Origin: Amoebophrya sp. A120
Taxonomy: Eukaryota; Protista; Dinoflagellata
Direction of reading: 5' to 3'
Length of the DNA: 64,000 bases
Assembly (NCBI GenBank): GCA_905178155.1
Contig: CAJINV010000009.1
Span: forward strand, 2,147,373 to 2,211,372
The notes beneath the pieces were generated by a model. The model saw only the letters and a program-made list of their open reading frames with translations. It searched no databases and was not told the DNA's origin. The position numbers were made by a program, and so were the translations under genes. Of the stretch, positions 24,801 through 36,805 are shown in pieces (within the stretch, counting starts at the first letter, position 1; each line of letters starts with the position of its first letter).

Positions 24801-26302
24801 AAATCGCACACGTTTTCCTCGCCCAGCTCCGGAATCAGCCGGTCGATGATGCGTGCGCCCATGTTCCCGCCGGACGTCCGGTTCACAAACGCAAAAATGC
24901 GGCTGCGCCCGTTGTAGAGCATCAGGAATTGCGCTTTGTTGTTCTTCCCGCGGAACACCTTCTTCACGGGGCTCAAAGAAGCGTTCTCGCCCCCGATCGC
25001 CCGCGCCGACACGGTCCGTTCAAAGTGTGGGCGCGGTCCTCTTCCATGCTGTCCAGCAACGCCGGTGGAGCGTTGTGACTTGTCAAAACTGGACGGCCCA
25101 CCAGTCTCACTGCCCTCGTTGTCGCGGAGAGGGGAACTTCCTCGTCCTTCTGCAGAAAGATCTGCTTGTTTCAACGGGTCCGAGTTTGAACCATTGTTCG
25201 TTGTCGACCACTTGTCTTCACCTCTTCTATTTTCCGAATTTCGACCTTCTGCTCCACTGCTAGTGGACCACGAGTGCGCGCTCCTTTTGACGGGGCCGCT
25301 CGGTGGCGAGAGCGCCAAGCCGGCACCATTCAGAAAGGCCTCCAGGGACATCAGACCACCGTCCTCGCAGGAGTTGTCTGCTGGACTCGGATCTTCATCC
25401 TCGTAGTCGGTCTCTGCACCAGCAGCAGTTTCCTCTTCCTGCTCCTCGAGGGCGTGGTCCGCAGCTTGTTGCGCTTCTGCGCTTTTGTAGCTATTCCGGG
25501 GCGGAAGCCGGTTATCGTTTTCTCCGATACGGTGTTGGTCGTCTTCCTCTTCTCGTAATATCACAGGCGCGCTTTGACCTTTTCCAGCAGGAACAAGAAT
25601 TCTACTTGCATTTATTGCAGCTGCTCCGGCAGCGCTGTTTTTGTCGTCTTGATGTGATGGGGAATGAGCATGAGGTAAATAAGGCGTGTCTAGTACTTGA
25701 CGCGAAAACGAATCAGCACCGCTTTGTCTTTGACTTTCCCTCGGGGGGCCTGCATGAGAACACAAGCTGCTCCGAGACGACGACAACAAGGCCGGTACTG
25801 CCGAGCTGGTGCTTTCATCGCCCCCATCGCTCGCTGTGGTGGTGGTCGATGAAGACGAGGATGCGCTGCTGGGCGTGCCGCCGCCCCGACCCACCCCGGG
25901 GCGTCTTGTTTCCGCTCGGTCGACTGCGGTTGGGAGATTGTGGAGCGCCGCGGCGGCCAAAGTAGGGTGAAGACGTCGCGATTGTGCGGCTGCACCGAAG
26001 CCATGTCCTCTCTCGCTGTGGAGGTCCTGGCCGGCAGAATTGTCGCTCCTCCTTGGTCGCTCTGCAGGATCAAATGGCGAATCAAGCTGCACTGACGACT
26101 GTTTATTTTCGTTATCCGCTTCAGCATGATGTTGTGAACCCCTGTGTTTTCTCCTGCTCTTGATGTTCATCTTCATCTTCTGTTGCTGCCTGGCGATCTC
26201 CGCCTTCAGGTCCTGCACCGACAATCGCGGTGGTGCTCCAGCGCCGGCTGGCTCAGAAGTGATCACGTCGTCCGACGGCACCTCCATCGTGATTGGCGAC
26301 AT
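21883..26302 (-). CDS. DGK: Diacylglycerol kinase (catalytic and accessory domains); exons 26302-24261, 23974-23641, 23490-21883
   Basis: Catalytic motifs FVNRTSGG, LVCGGDGT and LPLGTGNDLARSLGWG; accessory motifs FQNYFSFGADA, FLNINSYGAG and HDGTIEVLG. GT-AG introns 23975-24260 and 23491-23640 keep the frame. Start codon uncertain. Confidence 0.9.
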
Positions 26303-28382
26303 GACGGTAACTTTCTCCGAAGGGGACGAAAGCCTGGTCAGCAGTACGCTGGGCAAGCTAGGAACAATTTCGACCCCAAAAAGCTCCGACCACGACCGGC
26401 AGTGCAAAAAGATACAGACATCATGGTCTTGCCGCGTTGGTACAACTGCTCATAATCGTGTGTAGTATAATATTTCGTTACAAAATATCACCGCTAAAAA
26501 AATAATGAACGGTCGTACATCTGCAGGTGCAAACAGAGGTACACCCTCAAGATCAAAAATGACAGAAGCTGGCCGCTGTGGGTAAATGACAATGAGGGAA
26601 GAAGATAAAAGATCGAGCCCGAGGGGCAGAAATGATCGAGCTTTATTACTCTGCGATGGAGGAAATTAATATGGGAACACGAACACCGCGATACAGATAC
26701 TACTTAATTTGTTTCAAATCCTACTCCTTGTTTGATGCGCGGGTGGGAGTGTAAAAATAATATCCATTGCGTTGCGAGAGCGAGAGGGAGAGCGTCACCG
26801 TCTTCAGCGTAACATACTATAAAAGTTGAAGTTCCTCATATCGAGCGTTGTGGTTTTAGTGCAGTAGAGTGATGATGTAGCCGCTCTTGGCGAAGGAGGG
26901 TCTCCTTAATGGGGCTCCACCTGGTTTTTGTTGTATGCATGATGATACATAGACAGAGCTAGAGGTGCTGGATTTTCAGATCTAGAAAAGGAATAAATTT
27001 GCTGAACATCTAAGCGGTCGTGTGACAAACGCTCGCGCATTCCAGCAACTCGGACCGACTAGCTTTGGCTTTGCGTAGCTGGAGGCGGTAAAGTACATTT
27101 TCATTTACATGATTAGTGCAGCTGTTGTTCGTATGCAGATGTTCATGCTGTCATTGCGAATCATGAGTCGTCGTCGTGGCTTTAAACTTTATTTATCGCG
27201 GTAACTACAATAGTCACGGGACGAGGTGGTGTCGCTTTCCTCGTCTTCCATGTTGATTGTTTGTAGTAAATGGCGCTAAATTGACTGCATGAACGAGAAC
27301 CGAGTGTCAAACTATCGCTCAAAAAACCGATGTTTTTCATCTAGTAATTTACTTCTGCTATTGAACGTTGCAACTTCACTCAAAACCGATTTTTTGGTTC
27401 CCTCACTCACCGACTCATACCTTCATCGTGTTACCCAGTGGGTCAGGACGAAAACAAACACAAAAAGCGGATGTCAACGTACGAAGTGTGAAAGTCTCCA
27501 TTCAACGTAAGTACTGAACAGACGCACCCACTAGTAGACGCGTGCAACTTCTTCGTTCGCGCGGTTTAGGTTTAGCTATAGCTACAAGGCAACTTTCATC
27601 AAATCACCAACCAGAATAGACTGACAGGGGGTTCTACGTCTTTTTATCTGTATTCGTAGCAAGATGATGACGTTGCAACGTTAGTCTGGATAAAGAACAT
27701 AACAACCCGCCTGTGTGACGATGCGAAAACAGACCACAGAAAGAAGGATCGAAATTCAAAATCTATGTTTGCAAAATTTCCCTTACAAACGAAGCCAACA
27801 ATCATTCAAAAAATATAAGCTGTATTCTCTAGAGGAGGCCACTTTTACTTTTTTGTCTTTGATTTGTAGCAAACGAAGAGAGTGATAAAAGAGTCTAAAG
27901 CGATCTCATCCGGTTCTGTATCACCGGAGAAGCGAAAGCAATAGGCTAAACGTAAACACGAACATACCAAAGAGCAAAAGCTAAAAAGACGATCAAAATG
28001 GTCTTTAAGTTTATTTTCTATGCTCCTCATTCTGCACAACGAAGCATCATACCGCAACAAATCAATGCAAGTGCAACCAACAATATTAGGCGTATCTTTG
28101 CTGGACTGAAAAAACGTCATCCGCCCCCGAAGCAACCAGAGCAGTGCGACGAATTGCAACTACATTCAAATACAAATTGAAATTGATCATTTCTGCAAAA
28201 AGAAAATAAAACAAAAGTTATGATGTAGTTCATGATCATGATATGAGGTTCAGGTTGCTCATGCTGGTATCGCGAGGAAGAGTTGGTAGCTATCGCTCCA
28301 TATGCAACTATAATGTTAGAACCGAAAGCGAAAAGCGAAACCCTAGCCCAAGCCAGTTCTTGACGACAGTATTCGACACATT

Positions 28383-31300
28383 TCAGTTCTTTCCCGTCGG
28401 CGTCGCAGGCTTCACAGTGTCTGGACTCGAGGGCTTCGGCTGCTCCGGCTCATCCACTAAATCCGCAAGAATCTTCCCGAGTGAGAGCCCAAAGGTGTAG
28501 ATGTCTTTGCTTTTCCAGGCGTCAAAGGAAGACTCCATGTTCTTCAAGACGTCATCTCCTTGGGCGTACAGGTGCGCACCTGCAGGAAAAACATAGAACA
28601 AGTGCAATAAGTTAGATTTTTTTTTTGTAATTTATTGCGCCCGACGTCTTCTGCCTCAGCAACAGCTGAAGTGGAACTCGATGACTCTAGAAAATAGCAA
28701 TGGAGCTTCTACATGTAGTCAAAACTAAAGCTCCAGCTCGGTGATGTCATGTGCTGGTGCTGCGGCTGCCCCGGACCCTCGAAACAAAATAGCAAACTTT
28801 AACTTAGATATACGTTATACAGGAACAGGAACGAATTTCATGCTTGATGAACGGCACGTTGTAAAACAAAACAAAAAATCAAAAGTACTCAGCTTTTGCG
28901 CGATTTCTTTCGGGTCACGTCGATCATCTGCCAGCCACTGCAAGCTTTTTTCGATCTGCGTGGTCTCCTGCTCTGATTTCTGTAGCAAATAGTACAAATG
29001 CGGCAAGTTTTGCAGCGACTTTCCCAGCTTCTCCAAGCCCTGGCCGAGCAGCGTTACGTTCCTCCAGCTGATCGCTCGCGCGATGACCACCACTGCGTTG
29101 ATATGGATGTGTCAGGTTTGAAATCGTCAAAGTTGAAATAGAAATAGTTTGTCATGCATAAAATGGATACCAGTTAGACCTACAGTTTGTAGTCGGCGCA
29201 TGGCAAATTTTCCCGGTCCTGGAAGCGAGTCTGTCACGCGGTTTAGGGCAAAGAGCTGCCTTCTGTCATGCTAGTTAGCAGTCCAACTTTTGACCCTTAC
29301 CAGGACTATAATCTGCCTCCCTTGGGTCCTCTGCAATAGAGTCACTCTTTGACTTTGTATCGCATTTTATGCATTGCAAATTATTTCAACTTTGACGATT
29401 TCAAACCTGACGCTTCCATAGTTGAACAAGTCCTGCGTTTCGGTGTTGGTGTCCACGAAAAACTCATCCGTGGTGTGGAACCCCATGCCCTCCAGTAGAC
29501 CCTTGATCAGTTGCGCGCGTTCCTGCGGGGAGGGCTTCGACGGAGAGAAAAGAAGGAGCTGCTGCAGATCGTGGTTGGGGTCTGACCGGTCGTGCTTTTT
29601 CTCCAGCACAAGCTGTAGTGGTTTTTTGGCGTATTACAAATTTTCACCGACAAGCACTACTCGCAGTGATAGTCAGAACGTTATTCAAAAAGTCGCCAAC
29701 GTGCGTCGGAGTGCAAAGTCTAGGTTTGATGTCAAGGACTACCATGAAGATGTCTTCATGCTAGCTGAACCTGAGAGTTGTCAAGAACATTTTTCGTTTT
29801 TCGTTATAATGCTCTACGCAAAAATGGTCATGATCCAAAAGAGGATAAAACAGGTCCAACGGGGGAACGTCGTACTACTTACCTTAACAATCGCCCCCAG
29901 CTCCTTGCCACATTCGAAGTAGTTTTTCGCCCGGAACGCTTGGAATGCCGATTTCCAATCCTCTGCGATCTCACCGAAATTGCGGAACAACCGCTCGGCC
30001 GTCCTAGTAGGGAACATCATTGGGTTCTTCAAAACGTCGCGAATGGTCTGCTCCTCCTGCTTTAACTCGCCAAGCGTGGCCGGCACTTTCTCGAACACCT
30101 GCCCCAGTAGGGCCAGCATGTCGCCCATTTGGTCTAAAAACCCCAAAGGATTTCCCTGCCCGAACGCTTGCTCAGCTTGCTGAAAATGTTGCTTCGCCTT
30201 CTTCAGCGTCTCCGCCTCCAGCTCGATCTCCTTCACGGTCTCTTCCGCGATGTCCAGGCCGGACCCCTCGACGAAACCCCGGAGCAGCTGTTGCAAGTCG
30301 GTTTTAGCAAAACCCAGCTCCTCCTTCACCTTCTCCTTGATTCGCTGCCCGATGGACTCCTTTTCGTCGTTTCTCTTCTGCTGCTCCGGAGCAGCTTGTT
30401 GTTCCTGCTGTACTAGGTCGCAATAGCCGTCCTTGCAACTACTCTTGCCCTCGTTCATCCTCATGAAGGTTTCTACGATGTCCTTGTCAGACACAGAGGA
30501 CTGGTAGGGCTTCTTCGCGACGGGTGCCTTCCGCTCCGGCATTTTTGTGGTGGAAGATGCATCGCTATAATTGACTTGTTCGGACGAGGTGGAGGTCGGG
30601 GTGCTGGTGGTCGCCTTGTAGTTAGAGATTCCGCCAGAACTTCTACCCGTTGGATCGGGATCGGTTTCATCGTCTGTGGCGGCACTCATGGCCGAGCTCG
30701 ACCCCGAGGAGTTGCTGCCGGGTGTGGAGGTACCGCCAGCAAGTGCTGACGAGCTAGCACTCGCCAGAGACGCCGATGTAGTCGCGCTTGTAGACGGCGT
30801 TGGTGGTCCTGGTGCGGTAGCGGCTTGAGTACTCGACGAGGATTGCTTGGCTACTCCCTTTGTTCGTGCCGTTGACGGGCTGAAGCTGTCTACGCCACCC
30901 AGAACGTAATCCTGAGCTCCAGTATCCATCGCAGCTGCTGAGGAGTAGGAAGTAACGGCGCCAAAGTGCGCGTCCAGCCACGGGCCGACATTGGTCGATT
31001 TGCCGCGGTAGCTGCTCAGAAAATCCTGTTCCTGTGCAGCATGATTCGACGAGCTGCTGGTGGTGCCGCCGGAAGAAGATGAAGATGAACCAGGCAGCTC
31101 GCTCTTCTCGTCTTTCTGTTTCTTGGCCTTGTATCGCGCGACCGCTTCCGGGTCTTCCTTGCTCTGCGGGTACGCCACTTTGCAGCCGTCCTCGCCCCTG
31201 TCTGAACCAACCAGGTCTTCTGCGGGCGAAGAGGCTCCGGTTTCCATTGGAGAAGCAGACGCAGCGTCTCTCTCCATAAAGTTCTTGGAGTCCGTCCCTG

Positions 31301-33537
31301 TGCGACGCAGGTACTGGCCAACCAGCCTGCGAAGCGATCTTCCCAAACGCGAGCGCACCGACGGTCTCTTCTTGTTCAGGGTGGAAAGATTACTTTGACT
31401 TTCTTCTTGATCGCCCGGCTCGTCGTCTTTCTTTTCCCCTGCTCTGCTCTGGTCGTCCCCAGCTTGTGCCATTCGTGTAGCTATCGCCCTAGATCCGTAG
31501 TGCAGCGCGCGACGGCGCTGGTTCCGCCTTGCCATTCGCTGTTCGGTCAGACCACCGAGAACGAATGCACAAACAGCAGGTGCGAGACGGACACTAATGT
31601 TGCTGGTAAAAGACTGCCCCTCTTGTTGCACGGGTCGACAAACCTCGCCGCCCAACTCCGGCGCGGGACTACGAAGTACTTTTGCATCTTCACCCGCACC
31701 AGTGAGCTGCGCCCCATTTTTCTGCCGATTTTGCTTCATGCGCAGAAGGAAGGCGGAGTTGTGGGGTCCCCCTGGCAGATCGTGGGCTGCGCAGCACTGA
31801 TCGTCTTCCGCCTCGTCAACCAATTGCTGCGTTGGCGCGGCTGATGTTGAAAAGGCTTCCGCTTTTGAACCAGCTTCGTCCCTGGAGCCTAAGAGTAGCT
31901 GTCCCTGCTGCGAGATCTGCGTCTTGACATTGTCGACCAACCGATTGCATTCTTCACGCACAGTTTTCCCCGCGTGATTGGCCAGTTCTGGAAGGGCGCT
32001 GCGGAGCTTCTGCATGTCGAATACGTCCCGGAGTAGGCCTTCTTTCCGGGGCACAACCATACCCGCGACGCACAGGCCACAGACAGCTGTAGCACCGATA
32101 ACCCGAGCTGCACTGCCTGAAATAGAGATGAGCAGCTAAGTCATTGAATAGTTAGTACTACGGATAAACTGGTTCTGGTGCCTTGTTCAGTATGCAAAAT
32201 CAACACGACAAGAAATAAGTGATAAAAAAATAAGAATTAGGATTGCTGGTAGTGTATCTGTAGATACCTTTGGTCCGTCGCGAACCAAAGCGCCCGGGCC
32301 GGCGTGTCGCCAGTGCGCCTGAAGGCTTTTTGCTCCCCCCAGAGGAAGCACTGCTACTCCGGCGCGCCAAAGGAGTGCTACCGCGACCTTGTTTGCCAGC
32401 GTGCTTCACGACGGCAGCGTACCGCAAACCACGTCCACCCATCGACGCCGGGAAAAGCTTCGACAGAGGCCAGCAGCGAAATTGCTGTTGGCCCCCACGA
32501 GCTCCGTATTTGCCAGCAGCGTGACTCGGAAAGCACTTGCTTCTCCGCCCGCCGTCCTGCAGGGGAGAGCAGTTGGAGTCTGTCGTGGTGGACGAAAAGT
32601 GCAAGCTAACCGGCCACCTGGGTGCGGCGTTGGCCGCCGCCCACTCCAGCTCTTCCCGGTCGAGCGCAGACAGGTTGCTGTTGCTGCTGCTGCCCGCTGT
32701 GGTGGATGATACTTCCAATGGGGTTCCTGTAATGGATGTCCCGTTGCGCGGCTCCTGCCCCACAGTAGCAACAGCGGGTGAAAACAACACTCCCCTTGCG
32801 GCTCTTCCATTTTTGGCACTCATTTCCATCTGGTCGAGGAGTAAAGAGGGGCGCTCGGAATGTTGCCGACTGAACACCAGAGTGGGGGCGCCAGTATAGT
32901 TGCCGCCTCCGCCGCCGCTGCGGGTGGAAAGCTTTTTCTTGAACGGAGAGGCACCGGATGCAGAGCCCGCTGAGCGCGAACTGCAGGACTTCTGCAAATC
33001 GTCGAAACTCTCCACGTCAGCATCCTCTTCTGTTTCTTCTACGCCCGGGGCCCCCGCACCAGCAGAAGCAATTCTGCCGCCCACGAGCGGCAGCTGCTGG
33101 AGCCGCTGAGGACAAGTTTTGCGCGTCCGTCGCGGACAAGACTTGACCCCACCAGAGCACGTTTTCAGAAACGAGCCCCGACCTTCACCTCGCGCGGCGG
33201 AAGTAGAGGCACTGGTCGCACCTGCTTTGTTGTGCTGCACTTTTTCCCGCAAGTCGTGAAGCAAGTTTCTCTGTTGCAGGTTGGCCGCCATGCTGGAAAG
33301 CGCCCCCGGGCCGGACGCGCTGCCGCCGGCTGCTGCAGCGCCACTGTGCATCATCTGTTCCAGATCATCCAAATCCGAGTCATCGAAGACACTACGGTCG
33401 CCGTGGGCCCGACACTGCCCAGCGCCACAGGAGCTGGTACGGGACAACGCCGTCTGTGGCGAGTGTGCGCCCTCCAGAGGCACAGGCGAGCTTGCCGCAA
33501 GAACGGCGGCGACAAGGTAAAGCCTCATGTTGGACAC
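28383..33537 (-). CDS. Putative secreted or membrane protein (~1366 aa) with two C-terminal helical repeats; exons 33537-32268, 32116-29883, 29612-29421, 29096-28889, 28579-28383
   Basis: Signal-peptide-like MRLYLVAAVLAASS. GT-AG introns 32117-32267, 29613-29882 and 28580-28888, plus the TIR element at 29102-29420, give one 4101-nt frame. Confidence 0.7.
29102..29420. mobile_element. 319-bp introner-like element (39-bp TIR, 5-bp TSD GTTGA); non-canonical intron
   Basis: TIR TATGGATGTGTCAGGTTTGAAATCGTCAAAGTTGAAATA with 2 mismatches. GTTGA at 29097-29101 and 29421-29425. Removal joins QDLFN|AVVVIAR. Confidence 0.9.
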
Positions 33538-33945
33538 AAATTCTTTCCTTGGTTCTGTGGAAGAACAGAAATATTAACAGTTGTTTGATGATGAACGACG
33601 TCAATACAGGCGAAACACGACCATTCTCCGATTGTGACTTTAACTTTATACTTTGCCTTGTTGAGAAGAACAAAATGAATTTAAATTTAAGTATTACGAA
33701 TCACAGGATCGATCCAAAAGTAGTCAAAGTAGTAGCAATCCACTTGGAAAAACAGGGCTCGATCAATTGCAAAAACAGTGTGTGTGTGATCCAATTCGAG
33801 TAGTTGTCTAGCTGTTTTTTCACGCCGCGTTTGTGGTTCTTCTTGTTTCATCACAGGAGCCAGCATGCGTCAGCTCGTTGCACACTTCAAGCAAAAGGAA
33901 ACCCTGCCTTTGCTTTTTCTTATTCACGGACGGAAGCCGTCCTGC

Positions 33946-36045
33946 TCAGCTGTGAATTTCTACTTTTCTTTCACAGTACCGCCAGTTGATCCGTGCAGGA
34001 TTAAACCTGGGGTTACAGAGCGGATGGTGAACGTAACCGGGCTCATGCATACCTGACCAAGACCGCGGCAAGTGATCCACATGTCTCATCGCGGCAAATT
34101 CCATGACGTACACCTCCCGAGGCAGCCGCTCCTTTACGTCGCTTTCCTCGAGATTGACGCCGTGGAGCGCGTTTGTATCAAAAATAAAACCCCCGAAAGC
34201 TTTGCCATCCATGTACTCAATCCTCGAGAAGTCCGGGTCCTGGTATCGTCCCCCGGTGTACAACTCAGTTGTAGTCCCGTTTTGAAAAAAATTATGTTCC
34301 TCTTCGGACTCTTGCGAAGTAGATTCTCTTCCCGTTATTTCCGCTTCATCTGGTTGTGACCTCTCCTCCTGGTCGCCCTGTTGATCATATTCTTCGTTGA
34401 AGAACGCAGTCCTAACAGCAGCGTCCTGCAGCTTGTTCGCCGCTCGAACGGGGCCGTGAAAGTAGTCGGTGGGTGAGAGCCAGTGCGTGTGGTGTGTGTT
34501 CCGCATAATCCGGGTCGGAAATCCTTTTCTGGGATCTGCCGGCACGTCGGTGAGGTACAGGTACACTTTCAGCCGCGTGCCACACCCGTCGTGATGCCAT
34601 AGTGCGTTGTCATACTGGTGCTTACGAAGGTCGCCCTTCAGCTTGAAATACCCTACGCCGCCGGTAAATGACACATCCGACGAACGCAAATACCCGTGAA
34701 CCAGCTTCCGTAGCAACGAGTGCCGGTCGGCCAGAAGTGGTAAAAGCCACGCCCGATCATTCGGCCTGACGTGTTTCGTGGCTTTTGCCAAAGAGTTAAT
34801 ATGGTTATCGTCTCCCTGCTCCTGCTGGTCAAGCGGCTTGACGAAAGACGGCACTCGCACGAATCCATCGCGACGGAAGTCTTCGATGAGCTGCCGCTCG
34901 CGGGCGGACAATATCCAGGAAAAAACACCCATCCCCATCCATTTTTTGCATGGCAAATAGTGGACTTTATGCATGTTTTGCATGACAAATTGGATGGGGA
35001 TGGGTGTTTTTTCCTGGATAGACAAAGGTGGCGGTGGACCAACATCAGCAGTTCCCACGGGGCTATCAACTGTAAAAATGTCTGGGTCTGGAAGAATGCG
35101 TGACTTGTCATGCAGCTTTTCCATGACCCATGAAGTCTGGAATGCAGGACCTAGCATGACAGATTCTGCGCGATCTCTCTCATGCCTATCCTGCATGAGA
35201 AACTCCCTCCCGACTTGGTCAAAACTGGACGACTTTTGGTAATCATGCAACACAGATTTTTGCATGCTTCAGATTTAGCATTACAAGTTGCATTCTTCCA
35301 GACCCAGACATTTTTACATTTGATAGGGGCACTCCTGTCCCCAATCCCAACGCCGAAACCAGGTGGGTAGATCCACGGTGAAAACAAACCGCGCCACCGC
35401 CGTTTGAAAATATCTTCGCTGCAAGCGCCGGAGATCTCGGTCCCCGCGTATTCGATTCGCAAGTGCCGTGAAATTCGTTTCCGAGCTTGCGGCGTCCGTA
35501 AATTGTTGATGTCCCGGTATGATCCGTCGGCGGACGACGTTTGTCAAATCGAAGCCAAAGCGGTGCTGCACCAACCCGTCGCGTGCCAGCGCGCGCAAAC
35601 TGACTTGCAGGGCGTCTGCGGCTTTTGTTTTCCTGCCCTCCCGGGTAAAGAGTTTATTTGCGTCTGCAGCTGCATCGCCCCGTTCTTCGAGTGGATTATA
35701 CCAAGCCAGCAGGGCGTCTTCCTTCTTCTCTTCGTCCAGCCAAAATGCATCAATGAGCTCCTGTATCTTTTCGTCCGGGAGAAAGTTTTCGCCTCTCCAC
35801 TGAGGCTTCTCCTTGCGCAAAAAATGATACATATCCGGGTCGTACAACGTTTTGGCCTGGAGGTTCGCCAGAGGCCGTGTTGGCTCCCCCTCGGGAGTAC
35901 TAGAAGATCTAGATCTAGACGAAAGAGCTGCACGACCATAACCGTAGTACAGAAAAATTCCGAAACCGAAGGAAATGGGGGCGCGGCGCCGCTGAAAAAT
36001 CTGGATCTTTTTCCTCATGATCTTAAGGTTAAGTGCCTCCTCCAT
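33946..36045 (-). CDS. Fe(II)/2-oxoglutarate dioxygenase, PhyH-like fold, with N-terminal hydrophobic segment; exons 36045-35326, 35058-35021, 34906-33946
   Basis: IEDFRRDGFVRVP, WHHDG (HxD), LKVYLYLTDV and FIFDTNALHG (distal His) match the PhyH-family pattern. 573 codons after removing two TIR elements. Confidence 0.75.
34912..35020. mobile_element. 109-bp introner-like element (30-bp perfect TIR, 5-bp TSD GACAA)
   Basis: TATCCAGGAAAAAACACCCATCCCCATCCA and its exact reverse complement form the ends. GACAA at 34907-34911 and 35021-35025. Confidence 0.9.
35064..35325. mobile_element. 262-bp introner-like element (36-bp TIR, 5-bp TSD GGGGC)
   Basis: TIR TATCAA(C/A)TGTAAAAATGTCTGGGTCTGGAAGAATGC. 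GGGGC at 35059-35063 and 35326-35330. Removal joins GQECP|VGTADV and removes the in-frame stop. Confidence 0.9.
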
Positions 36046-36805
36046 TATCTGTGGTTACCATTTCCGTGAGTGTCGCCACATCAAAATGCTCACTTACAAT
36101 GAAGCGCTGGTGCAAGGATCACGGTGATAGATCAGCATCAGATTCAGATCCATTAAGTAGCTTCAGCTTCTGCTTGCTGCCAAGAGAGATGAGGCCTTGT
36201 TCACAGTTGGCGCCGACACAGCTTGCTTGTAGTTCCGGCTGCGATAGGGCGCCAATTAAGAGAACCAAGGCATCTAGCTAGCATGGAGGATGCCTTCCAG
36301 AATTATGCTCCCGAGACTCGCCAACTGTAGCTCTGTCATGCAGTTCATGTACAAGTATACTTTTCGTTTTCTTTTGTGTCGCTGTTGTTTCGTCTTCGTT
36401 TTTTCGCAAAATTCTGACAGGAAGTTGTAACAATGTCACAGTCAGTCATCATCTTTCGCAACAGAAACGAGCAGCGTAGTGAAGTGCAGCAATAGCAGGA
36501 CGTGCAAAAAATTCAACATCGACTTCAACATAAACTGCGGCAAGAAGTACACCTGCGTCTTTATCGCTGAAAACCTAAAAAGGTGATCCGCGTGAAGGAC
36601 GATGGGAAACGCGGCACTGAATAGTAAAAGATAAAGTGATGAGGAATTCATATTCGATGAACTACTACTAGAAGAGGCAATAATCTTATCAAAGAAGCTG
36701 CAAGAACATCAGCTCAAATACCCTCATACATCAGTTGCATTTGCAACAGTTCAAGAGATTAAAAATCACCATGTTGAACAAACCGTCGAGGCTAAGCCTT
36801 GATTT

